Shown: positions 25,704 through 37,500 of the stretch, piece after piece
How positions within the stretch are numbered: the first letter of the stretch is position 1
How the letters are laid out: every line of letters begins with the position of its first letter
Assembly (NCBI GenBank): GCA_973895155.1
Contig: OZ316892.1
Coordinates: 24,003,971 to 24,067,970, forward strand
DNA: 64,000 bases
From: Marsupella aquatica
Taxonomy: Eukaryota; Plantae; Marchantiophyta
Direction of reading: 5' to 3'
Notes under the pieces: generated by a model
What the model was told of the DNA's origin: nothing
The model's database searches: none
Seen by the model: the letters and a program-made list of their open reading frames with translations, nothing else
Position numbers and translations under genes: made by a program

Positions 25704-28304
25704 ACTTGCAAAAGGAGAGGGGAAAAGTAGATCTGCTGCCCTGGAATGTGTCAAGTGCACAAGGCTAGTCGCATCTCTCCGGCCCCTGAAGCTTATGCAG
25801 GGCACACTTTGGCTTATCATGGACTTTGAGGTTGAGAATGATCTCAAGGGCCAGAAAGTTTCTGACCCTTGCCTTTGGAACTCCAAAAAATTTGCCATTA
25901 GGCCTGGCACGGGACGGGGACGGGGTTCGGGCATGTAACTGTAGCTCACTTATATGCCAGAATTCCTCAGAGCTGCTCACATGGAAGTTGGCTCTCAGAG
26001 TTACTATCTACCCTTATCCTCGGTTTTGGTGTGCACTCTCACTTTCAACTATGTCTTTAGAGTTAGGGTCTAGAGACCTCACTCTAGAACAGTAGGTCCA
26101 GGTAGTAGTTTTGATTGCCATTATGGACTTATAGATGAAACCATAGACACTTGTACTCCATATGGCTAGCCAGTTCATAAGAGGCAATGGTTTATATAAT
26201 TATATTCAAAGAATATTATGAATCTGTTGACTTTTCCACAACGGATAAGTGATCATTTTGCACTATTCTGCGGTTTGTATTAATGCAAGGAGGGCTCCCC
26301 CAAACAACAATTATGTAAGTGCAAAACCCTCTAAAGGGTACATGCACTTGTGGGTAAAAGTACAAAACCTATGTGCAATTCTTATCATAAGTGCATATCA
26401 TTTTTATGTAGTTTACAGTTACAAGACAGTTGAAAATAGGAATCTATACTCCCATGCATGTAAAGTGGATTGGTTTAGGGAAGGGCCCAACAATCCTACA
26501 TGACCAATGACATGGAAACCCCTTATGTTTTTTTTATGTTTTTTTTATAATTTTCACATTTACCAGCCACACTTTAGGTTTGAAAACAACCTATTTATGT
26601 AAAGTGATTTATAAGCTGGAGCAAAACTCATTGCAGGAACTGCACTTTTAGGGATTATGGTTGCCACACTTTTCCCCTTCTGACTCCCTTCGATTCATCT
26701 GATAGGTGGACACAGTGTTTCCTACTCAGAATGACGCTCTACTGATTAATGCAGATCACCCAGAGAATGTTCAGATAACCATGATTGGCTGCTTCTGGTA
26801 CAGGAAGATCTCTTTGTCATACCAGTAGTGAATGATGTCATCCGTCTCTCCATAGGACCTTTAAAGTGCGTCATAGTTTACCTCCTGTGCCCTCTTTCAA
26901 CGGTTCTATTGGATAGTTAGAAATCATGTGTGCTGCAATTCAAACTATGTAGATGGCAGATGCTGGGCTCAGAACGCCTCTGTTTCAATTTAACGTTCAC
27001 CTTAGAAAAGGGAGGAATCTTGAGCAGAGAACTGGGAGGTGGTTTTCAACCCGGCTAGTTGAAGCTTAACAATGACAGTAGCGTTACGTAATGGCTCCAG
27101 TGCAGCAGATTAAAGCTAGTTGTAGCTTGAGAATAACAGTAGCGAGTAGGCAATGACTCAAGACAAATTAACGACTACACCGAACATGTTAATCGGAAGG
27201 TTTGAGTGCTGTTGTCGAGGAATTGCACAAGTAGCCAAACATGTGAACCGGAAGGTTTTGAGCGCTGCTGTCGAGGACGAGTAAGCTGCAGAAGGTGAAG
27301 TACCAACTGGTTGCCCACGACAGGCGCTTGAGCACACAGAGAGGTCCGATTCTAATTTCACATACATGTGGCTTGCTACAGTCCAGTCTAACGAGGACTA
27401 TGTGATTCAACAGATCGATTTCAGTGTGATTCAACAGATCGATTTCAGTGAGTTTTTCCTACCGGTTCAACCTGTCCACCAATAGCTGTTTGGTCCTGTG
27501 GATGTCACATTTCCTGATCGACTGTCCTGTGGTTCAGGTTAGAAATACATGAGCAGAGTGGACTGATAGTTGACGAATTGATCAAAGAGAACAGTTAGGA
27601 GATCTGTTGTGCGTGTCTCTACGTCTAGGCTGGAGAGAATGTCCTTTGATTGAGAGCTTTCAGAGGGCACTTCTACTTCTGGCAATCAAGATTTGTGATC
27701 TTTGACGATGTAGTCTTGTGGTCACTTGAAATCCACTGTGTAGTCTAGGAAGTACAAAAAAAAACGGAGAAATGACGACTGATCCCTGCCAAGTTACGTC
27801 TCAAATGTTATACGCTCTATTGCTTGTGCGGCTGGACGAGGAAGGAGCATCATGAAAAGGAGAGTCGTACGATAAAACAGAATGGTTGTCGGATTACGCC
27901 TCGAGGAGCGGAGACACTCGTGTTGAACGTGTTGAAACCTCTCGATCAGGTCCATCGACGACACCATGACAATCATAGGGTCTATTCTCATATCGGAAGA
28001 CATTGTGATCCACGAAACAGATGATAGTCAAGAACAATGATCTGGGTTGATATCCCCGTAAAATTGTGTTCAAATAATTATCCGACCCACAATGAAAGAT
28101 AAACCAATGGGGACAGTGAAATTCTCCACCAAGTCTTGAGACCCTCTGTATAGGAGAGTCTTAACCCAAATACGTCGAAATGTCAACAAATAATTCGAGG
28201 AAGCTCACAATGAGAACTTCCTCGCCTACCGAGAGTCTCAAATCACACATACACCCGACATCAATATTCGCTGCCTGCAAAGAGAAAGCTACTCAAGTCG
28301 TCTA

Positions 28305-29290
28305 TTACTGTCCGGGCTTCTTCACGATGAAAGACACCACCTGCACTTGCTTCACGTTGTCGAAACCGATGACGCGGATGAATGCGTTGGGGTACTCCTT
28401 CTTGCAGTTATTGACCTCAGAGAGGACCTGGCCAGAGTCCTTGGCTCCGAAGAGGGGCAACTTCCACATGCTCCAGTACCTGCCATCATAGTATCCGGGC
28501 ATCGTGCAGGCCGTCTGGGACACAACACCGCTCTTGTCGAACTCGATGGCGGGGATCCATCCATTGCTCAAAAGGTAAGCGACCTGCTTCTCGATCTCCT
28601 CATCCTTGAGGGGAGGCAAGTAGGAGAGGGTCTCGAACTTAGTGTTGGTCTCTGGGTTCACCACCTGCACAGTCACGAGAGCATCACCATCGACTCTGTC
28701 ATCTTCACATTCTTTCCTCAAGTCATCTCCAGATTTTCTCTAATAGTTGAACTTTAAAGTCTCTCTTGATCCCCACAAGCACAATGCAATCCACGAAGTC
28801 ATGGCCTTCTCGAACACATTGGCTTGAGAGCTGATAAGATGATCCACAGTAGAATCGAGACATCGTCAAATACTCAAATGTAGACATTGCACTCCTACTC
28901 GCAGTTACCGACACTGGTCAGATCAGCACATCCACATTATTGTGTGTGAACCCACATCGTCCAGTGAGGACATTCACGGCAACGAAACTTCACACTCTGG
29001 CCATCAACAACACCAGAGAGTACTTTCACAGTAAAGTCACAGCAAAGTCACACTCTCACAGTAAAATCAGAGAAAGGAAGCTAAAAAAAGCAGCAGAGGC
29101 ATACATTGAAGGCCTTGACACGGCTGCCATTGCTGACGGTCTTGCTGGCCCACTGGAGGGGGGCAGCGACCCGGCTCTTGAGCAGGGAGCTACCTAGCTG
29201 GACCCTGGAGCTGGAGGAGGTCGAGGCAGCAGTGGAGGCGCTGAGCGCGACCACTGGAGCAGCACAAAAGGTAGCGGTAGCGGAGGCCAT
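28305..29290 (-). CDS. rbcS: Rubisco small subunit precursor. Exons 29290-29105 and 28664-28305
   Basis: Ser/Ala-rich transit peptide ending SNGSRVKA. Mature motifs [47 protein letters not shown]. Phase-0 GT-AG intron near the mature N-terminus, the conserved land-plant rbcS intron-1 position. Confidence 0.96.
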
Positions 29291-29844
29291 AGCTGCAGCT
29301 AAACTGAGGTTGCAGAATTCGTGCTCAGGAGTTCACAGTTGAGAAACAACTGAATTACTGATCATGGAATGAGGAGCGAGATGGGGAGTACCCATAAATA
29401 AAGCTCCAGCTGCATGGCAAAGGTGCATGTTGGGTGTCTTCTGCTCTCATTTCTGTCCACCCAGGGTGGAGAGAGTTGTGGGCCACCATAGCCAGCAGCT
29501 AAGGTGGGGTTTGGTGGGGTCTCCTGGCGGTGTAGTCCACCACCCAGAATGGATAAAATTGTGGATGAATCCTCTCCAGAATGAGGTTCAAACAGAGCCA
29601 TTGCATCAGATTGAAGCAGAAGAGGCCATCCAAGGCTCCAAAGGACCAAACTCTTCTGGAGTATACGTTGGCTCACTCTGTCCATCTGTCATTTTTGTTT
29701 TTTGTTTTTACTCGTCCCAATTTTAGTGAAGGTCCGATGCGCTCTGGATCCACCATTGAACTCTCATCTGTGGACCCTGTATTTCAATTCTGTCTATTTA
29801 TTGAAAGCTCAAACAGGGTCCACAGAGCTTTCAAAATAAAAAGA

Positions 29845-29932
29845 CATGAATTGCAAATATAAGAATACTTGAATCGCAAATAAAAGAATACATGAATTGC
29901 AAATAAAAGAATACATGAATTGCAACTAAAGA
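29845..29932. repeat. ~23-bp x4 tandem repeat upstream of rbcS
   Basis: catgaattgcaaataaaagaata units. Confidence 0.75.
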
Positions 29933-29959
29933 ATGTTCGTAAAAACGGACGAACCCCTT

Positions 29960-30005
29960 CTCATCTTATCTTATCATATCTCACCTCATCTCATCTTATC
30001 TTACA
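29960..30005 (-). promoter_or_regulatory. Cluster of I-box (GATAAG) motifs upstream of rbcS
   Basis: Minus strand reads TAAGATAAGATGAG...ATGATAAGATAAGATGA, giving three GATAAG about 680 bp upstream of the ATG. I-boxes are classic rbcS light-response elements, but the tract could simply be a pentamer microsatellite. Confidence 0.35.
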
Positions 30006-31192
30006 TTTAGTCAAACTTCAAGTTGAGGTCCTTTGCCACGCTGGTTTGTCTGTATCGTTAGGTGTTGGATTCTTCCTTGTAGTAATTTGGGTGATAAAAT
30101 TTTGGTCCTTGTTTCCATCTAAAGAAAAGACCACTGACTCACCCTTTTGGGAAAAAAGACCAATTTACTAAAGAAGGTCAAACAAAGTGAAATGGAGTTA
30201 AAGCAAAAGAGGTCCAAGGAGAACTTACATCAAGTCCCAAAGAAATTGCAAACACCCCCACACTTAGAAAGAGTAACAAATAATAGATAAAGATTTACCA
30301 CTACAATAGTCCCCATGAGCTAATGGTCCACAACTAGTGTCATCACCAGATCTGCAAGTGGAATATTAATGTCCATTAGGAAATAAGTCTCTATGGAGGC
30401 AAGTTAGATCCCTCAATCCTTTAAGGGCATTGCAGAGAAGGGAATATATCTGTGGAATATGAATGTCTTCTAGTAAATAAGCCTATGTCGAGACAAGATC
30501 CCTTAATCCTTTAGGGGCATTGGAGAGAAGGGAATATATCTTCCAAATGAAAGTATTGATCTCAACAAAGACAGCCAAAGGAATTAGTCAGAAGGTATGA
30601 TATCCGTGAATATTTTACACTGTCACAAAAAACTGATTTCTATTGATCCCATGCAAGCTTACGAATCCTATCAAAGCAACGGTTTGGGATGGAGATCCCA
30701 TCCTAGCTTATATCTAAAATAAATAAAATCTACAAAAGCTTTATAAACAAAGCCCAAAACAAAGGAGGAAAGAACTTGCACTGTTAAAACAGTATGTGTA
30801 TAGATCAGGAGTCACTGGAAACAAAAGAGTTGTGATGCATGCAAACAGTTCAAGTGAAGATATTGTCATGTTTAAGTTCCATACAATCATGACGGATTGG
30901 GTCTTCTTTAGATTTTATCCCGAGTGGATAAAAGGTAAGAACCTCTCCAATCTAGATTTGATTGGCGTAGGGCCATTGAATCAGGGTTGATGGACAAAAT
31001 AAAACCAACCACGCCATCATTAAAAGTATAAAGGACCATGGAAAAAGTAACTCAACGCTAACAGAGGATAGAAACAGACTAAAGTGTAGTGCACTTTTTC
31101 ATTTATGCAAAGAATCCCCCAAACAAATATCCCAAAAAGATCCCATATATTATTTCTCAGGCAACCAATGTCCCAGATGCAGATTTAGTTAC

Positions 31193-31234
31193 TACACCTA
31201 GAATCACACCTAGAATCACACCTAGAATCACACC
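31193..31234. repeat. 12-bp tandem repeat
   Basis: (CACCTAGAATCA) x3. Confidence 0.8.
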
Positions 31235-31236
31235 AG

Positions 31237-31809
31237 TGTAGTTGTAGATTTGTATGTCTTATTTTACCCTCTTTCTAGGTTTTCGGGGTTTCCAGTTGCC
31301 CACTACTTTTGAGTTTGGTGTTTGTCCCCTCTTTGTTAAGGATTGTTCTTAGTCTTGTGACTCAAAGGTTACTGCACTTAGGCTAACCACAGTTAGGGTC
31401 TTAGCTAAGGTTAGGTTAGTCGTGTGTGACTTGTATATACCAGGGCTAGTGTAAGCCGCTAGTGTGGTGTGCTTACTCATTTGTAACGGAACAACTTGAG
31501 GAAGAGGGAGAGAATGTGTGTTCATCTACTCTTGAAGTAAAACTTGAGTGTTCGTGTGGACGTAGCCTTGGAGAAGAGGTGAACCACGTAGAGATTGTGT
31601 TGACTACGTGTGCATGGAATGAGTCATGGTTGTATAGTCGTTACGAATATCGTCTTAGTTCAACACTCTTGGCCTATTTTCCTTTTACCTCTATGTTCTT
31701 TGTTTGGCACTTTTCAGTAGCTATTGGCCCCTTTTCCCTCTCGGGCTACCAAACATTACCTTTTAGGATCTTTAGGGGGGGGTGGCTTTTCGAGAATGAC
31801 CCCACAACA
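31237..31809 (+). mobile_element. Solo-LTR-like remnant of a copia family
   Basis: Starts TGTAG and ends CCCCACAACA. Shares GTGGACGTAGCC...GAACCACGTA with the intact LTRs and has TTGTATATA at ~31431. No TSD recognised, so boundaries are uncertain. Confidence 0.55.
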
Positions 31810-31849
31810 AATTAAGGGTTTCCAAGATTTGCTGTTTAGATTTCAACAG

Positions 31850-32895
31850 CATGTATCAAGGGACAGGTCCGTTTTTACTTGAGATTGAAAGATCACTTGT
31901 ACAAGGACTTCTCTATCCTATGTGGACTGAAACAGGTCTCCCAAAATGCCCAATGGTGGCTTTACAAGACCTTGGGGGCATTTTTCACTCTCTTTTTTGT
32001 CTCCAAGATCTGATCAGAGCCATCCATTTGGGAGAAACATCTGCTGTTCACTTTCAACCAAACCTGTTACCAATCCTAAATGGAATGAAGTGGGGCCCAA
32101 TTTTGGCTTTTGTCCTAGACTTTAGACCACCTCTGTTGGAGGTCTCTTCTTCTGGACCCTTGGTCCACTCCTATTTTGCATTAAAAAGGAACCCACAAGT
32201 AAATCATAAGATTTTTTCTCTTGTCACATCTTGAAAGACTTTTGCCAAAGAATACATGACATTCAGGTGAAGTGGGTTCTCAATCTGTCTTTCAGCAAAT
32301 TAATCTAACACCAGTGGCTGCACTTGGCTTTACAAGACCTTGGGGGCAATATAAGAATTCTAAAATGCTTTTAGCCCCAGGACACTATATTTAGAGTGTG
32401 CAAATGGCCCTTCAGTTTGCTTTGGTGGAAAAACCTCCCAAGTGTCCCCAACTTCTTGTAAAGCCCTGCAAATATGTGGACAGTGTCATTCTGGTCAAAG
32501 CATAGACCACCACTCGAGCTACTACTTTGAAAGGACCTCTTCCTTAGTATTGGGAAGCTTATGGACCAATGCCAATCTTAAACCGACACTGTCCCAGAAG
32601 CTCTAGGAGGACAAAAGGGTCACTTTTGTTCACCTTTCTATTTGTTGAAAGCATTATTGACTAGTTGTGGTGGCCTCCATCCACCAGATTTTGAAAATGG
32701 ACAGGCTGGGATGGTTTAAGGCTAATAAGGACTTGTTTCTGCTTACCTTTATCATTGATAGTTTGAGCATATTTACAAGAGTGGATTGGGAGATTGATGA
32801 ATTACATTTTTATGTCTTTACATGGTAAGAACACTCTCCTGACTCATCAGTATTTTGTCTTACTAAGGATTTTTGCTATACATTTGATTTTCCAT
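31850..32895 (-). mobile_element. Highly degraded LINE reverse-transcriptase remnant
   Basis: Minus-strand KCIAKILSK...FLPCKDI near 32810-32885 resembles the L1-type RT motif YKIIAKIL...FLPGR.I. Many stops. Confidence 0.3.
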
Positions 32896-33176
32896 GTGCC
32901 ATCACAAAGTGCATCACTTGTATAATTTAAATTTTGGCACCCCTCTCATTTTGGCACCCATCTCTTTCTGGCACCCCAATCTTGCTATTCTAGAGATCTC
33001 CTTTCCCCCTACATTTAGTATTCAATACAGCGAATCCACCCCCTTTACCAAATTTTATGGTATTTCTGTTAATTAGAGCGAGAGCCAGGGAGTATCTTCT
33101 GTGCACAATTTTTTTTTGATTGAGTGTCAATATGGCAAGTGAAAATCTGTACCTTATGTGCACAACTTTCAAGACT

Positions 33177-33362
33177 TGTAAAATATGGTGATCAATCCAA
33201 GACAACAATTGAAGTTTTGGGCATCTGCACTCGTGAAGTGATGAATGACGAGGATTTAAGGTATTTCTCCCACATTATGTAAAATATGGTGATCAATCCA
33301 AGACAACAATTGAAGTATTGGGCATCTGCATTCGTGAAGTGATGAATGACGAGGATTTAAGG
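33177..33362. repeat. ~100-bp tandem duplication
   Basis: tgtaaaatatggtgatcaatccaagacaacaattgaag...gacgaggatttaagg at 33177 and 33278. Confidence 0.85.
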
Positions 33363-34540
33363 TTTTCGTGAGTAACCTGCAATACTCTACAGGCAGTCCA
33401 TTTCGACCCACATCTCATTGAGCACTGTATCTCAAGCCTGTAGCTTGGATGGGTTAGTTGGTGAAGGCTGCGAGGATGATAAGGGAGCTGGCAGATATGG
33501 GAGAGTGACAGCGGTGGTACTTCTCTCTTGATCTCTCGGTGTCAGATGCGTTCTACACCTAATGTCACATAACCACAAAAAGCACTACTATAATCAAATT
33601 TCGCTTGAAATATATGTGGGTTGCAGCACAAGGTTTTTGGGTGAACAAGGTTGTGGAATTGTAGTGGGAGAGCTAAATTTACTTGAGAACTACTGTAGGT
33701 TCAGCCAAAGACTCACAATGTTCGAATTACCATCAGTAAATTGGGTCAGACGAGGAATCAAAGCACGGAGGACCCGCATGTCTACAATGGATTTCCAAGG
33801 CTCCAAAGCTCCTCCAAAGGTTGTCATATCTATCATTAGTTTAGTCGTGGCTGGAAACATGCCATTCAAAGTCGCCAGGTCTAGTTTGGTGGAGTACAAG
33901 CTCATTCTAACAGGTTTGTTCCGATGATCAATCTCATTTCAGAAATTGTCTGTCAGAGCGTATGGTTTCAGGAAGAGAAAAATCTTTAAGTCAGCTCCGG
34001 TGATCCCACATTTCTATGTGGGAAAATGAAGTTCGGGCAACTGCATCTAATGTAGATGATGAAAACTATGAATCGGAAGAATGAACATGCTTGCCGGCCC
34101 ATCCGATACATATGACTGCAAAACCAATTTCCCAAGCACTTCTCAAACTCACTAGACATCACTTTACTAGGGTATAGCTCTTTTCTATAACACAATGGCC
34201 TTGCTGCATCTATCTACTACTGAGATGTCTACCTGTGAAAACTACGACACAACCATAATCTCCGTCTATCAAAAGGCCGAGCCCAACAGCTGTAAACTGA
34301 AAACAAAACTAGGGCATTTCAAGAATAATGGCCACACGATTGTTTCTACTCTTGGAAACAGCCACCATATCAGTGGCCTGACAAGATTAATAGCACAAGA
34401 AATCCTTCGAAGCGAGTAGTTATCAAGGAATTAGACGAAGGCTCCTCCAATGGTTTTGGCTTAGGAAGAACGAACCTTTGTCGAGCTTGCACTTACAAGA
34501 CGCGTATGTCTTCCACACAAAACGCCACCTTGTTGCTTGC

Positions 34541-37500
34541 TCACAAGGTCCAAGATGATCTCAACATGAAAGCAGGTATCTGTGTGTCTTTGTCAAGGAT
34601 ATAAACAAGTCCTGGTTGGAGACTGAATCCCCGTCCAGCTCTTAATTTGACGAAGGCCTCCATTTGGAACTGTGAGGAAGAAGGGTCAACGGGGCCATTT
34701 GTAGGAGACACAGATCCATCTTCACCCCAATCGTCACGCTTTCTCCGGCCCATACTCAACCCCCAGTGCACATTTGGCCCTGAGGACTTTGCCAGGCTCA
34801 AGTTCCACTGGAAGTCCTTCCTCTCCAGCTCTTCTAACCACTCCGCCCGTTCTACTTGTGCCCAGCCTCCAATACTGACATTCCCGCCCAGATCCACCTC
34901 TCCAGAAAACGCCACTGACTGCATTGAAGTTCCACCATTACCAAGTAGGCCCCTGCTTTCTGCGTCAGGGCTCCAATGATCTCGCTCCGGGGTACGTACC
35001 TGAGACAAAAACGAGGCACTGCTCGAGGTGGGCAGCAGATCATGGAAAGTGAAGGTACCAGTAGGCTGAGTAGGTCTTGTGATCGTTTTACAGTACACCA
35101 TTGGTCCCATTTCACTCCAGTGAAATCCACTGGACGAAGGTAGAGGGGGACTTGGCCATAGGTCATTCACAGCGGACATTGAAAAGACCATATGCTCACA
35201 CGGCTGGACCATGATTTGTGCAAGTGTGCTGAGACACAGAGGACCAGAGATAAGCGTATCGAGAGCCCTGTTTCCCCATCCCGAAAGAAACTGTGACATG
35301 GATAACATCACACTGTTGCTCCTGAGGCTTGCTCCAATTGCAGACCCTCGGCAGTGTTGATACATGGTTGGGCCACTCCCAGCGAAACTTGTGAAAGCTT
35401 GTCCCTGATTCACAAATCAAAGCCGGTAATAGTTGATACCCTTATCATAAGACGTATGTAACAGATTGGCTGAGGTTCTCATCCAGCTTCAAAACCGATC
35501 ATGAGTTATCGAGAAGGAACAGGAGAATCACTAACCTGCAAGTGGTTGACGGTCTCTGCCATGTCGCCTGCCTTGGCCCCTAGGGGAGCAACCGCCAGGG
35601 ACAGTGCGTCATTGATTTGAGCCACGTAGCTGATTTTCTGCAGACTGATAGGCCCTCCAAGAATACTGCTATCAAGTTCTCCGGAGGCTTGCCCCCCAAC
35701 ACCGCATTGAGTGGTCAGCAAATCATTCTCCCTCACTGGAGTTTCAAATGTGAATCTAACATCCAACCCAGTCAGCAGCCCCGCGTGCTGCAGGGAATTC
35801 CGGGCCAGATTAGTGGTAAGGTCGTCCACAAGCACGTACGCACCTCCTGCGTTCACCTCACCTTTCAGTGTAGTCTTCAACCCACCCGCCAAACCATCCC
35901 CTGACTTCTTGCCACGCCCAGCTCCTGTGTAATGCTCTAGTTTCTCAAGACGTTCTCGAATCTTCAACAGATCTGAGAAGGCTTCCCTCTGCAACCTCCG
36001 CAGTGCACCTGTCTGCATCGATACGTGGAAGTGAAGACATACAATTAATACACGAAAAGGACACAAAATCGCATCTCTTATAGAACCCAATCAGTGCAAA
36101 TTCAGGAAAATTACAGGGTTTCACATCAAAAATCCCAGATCGTATGAACGGAGGACATAACCATGGCATTTCATCTGCAGCTCCTGAGTTTCAACAGGAG
36201 AACCAAAAGAAGGCTTCATAAATCTGAGCCCTAAATCCACGATAGACGGTAAAGCATTGTGACCGAATGCCTCTGCCTGTTCATCCGATTCAATTGTTTC
36301 TAGGTGGCACTTTCATATGGGCAGTCCCTCATTTAACGGGTTCCTCTACCTCAATTCTTCCAGTAAGGAGCATTTTCTTTGATACAACAAAGCCTGCTTT
36401 GAACCTTTTTGCGCGGAGAAACATCTAAAAGATAGGAAGCTCAAATTCGCAACACAGAGAAAAACGAATTTCTGCTAAATGCACAAGTTGACAAGGACGC
36501 TAGACTTGCAGTTGAGAGACGTGCCTCGGAACTTTTGGCGACACCATGTTCAGTTGTTGGGTCTTTGATCATCTGCAGCGTCCGATTAGCAACTTCAGCG
36601 ACCAACTCCCTTTTCCCATCGTCGTCGCCAGATGGTCCTCCTGTTCCCGAGTCTGCTCCACCTGTCTTCTTTCCAGCAAAAGCGTTGACAAGCCCACCAA
36701 GCCAGCTAGAGAAATCCATCCCCTGCTGATGACTCTTAGACTGCTTGCCTTTGCCACCTTCCTGGGCGAACCCCGGAATTTCAGTGATTTTCCCCCTGAT
36801 GGATGAGAACTCCTGAGGAAATTGCTGTGAATCCCTACCCGTCGTGCCATGGACGTGGAAGTAGTCATCATCCCCCCTGAGAGGAGCCTTGCTGAATTCA
36901 TTGCCTTGCCCATAATTCTGATGATAGTGCTGTGGCTGCTTGCCACTGGGAATATGGGTGCTGCTAGGATTGTATTCGGTGCTTCTTCCCATCATCGGAA
37001 AGGCTGCATCTCTTCCCCGACTCTCTTGAAAGTTATTCCCAGAGCCTTCAAGAGAAGAAGGGGGATTGGAAGAACGTTCTTGCGCTCTGCCATCTCCACC
37101 AGCAAAGAAAGGATCCGGCTGGTTATAGCTCCGCGCCATTGGCTCCCGAGGGCCCTCCCTCATGCCATCAAAGGCGACCTCGGCAGCTGAATAGTGGCCC
37201 TGCTTGGGAATGTGCGAGGGAATGTGATGTGCCTCGTCCGGCCCTCTGGCCATCCTCCCTCGGCCTCCCATTCGTCCTCCAATGGGTGCCTCACCATCCA
37301 TAAACTCTCCAGCAGCATTGCTCAAAGAAGCCAGAGGTCTGGCTGGCAGCCTGCCCAAAATTCTCCTCCGAGTGGTGACTGACCTGGGGATGTCTTCTTC
37401 CCGTTTCGTTCCTGGCCCATAGATAAGATCTCCGAAAAAGCTTTCTCCACTACTTCCTGGATCAAACCCTCCATTGTCTCCCCCACCCCCACCACCAGAC

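Noticed and set aside
28305-28330. C-terminally extended RbcS of the hornwort condensate-forming type
   Set aside because: The protein ends normally at IVKKPGQ followed by TAA TAG; no extension is visible.
33562-33927. Possible further LRR remnant on the minus strand
   Set aside because: Only vague LDL..LNG.FP similarity and no repeated LxxLxLxxN pattern.
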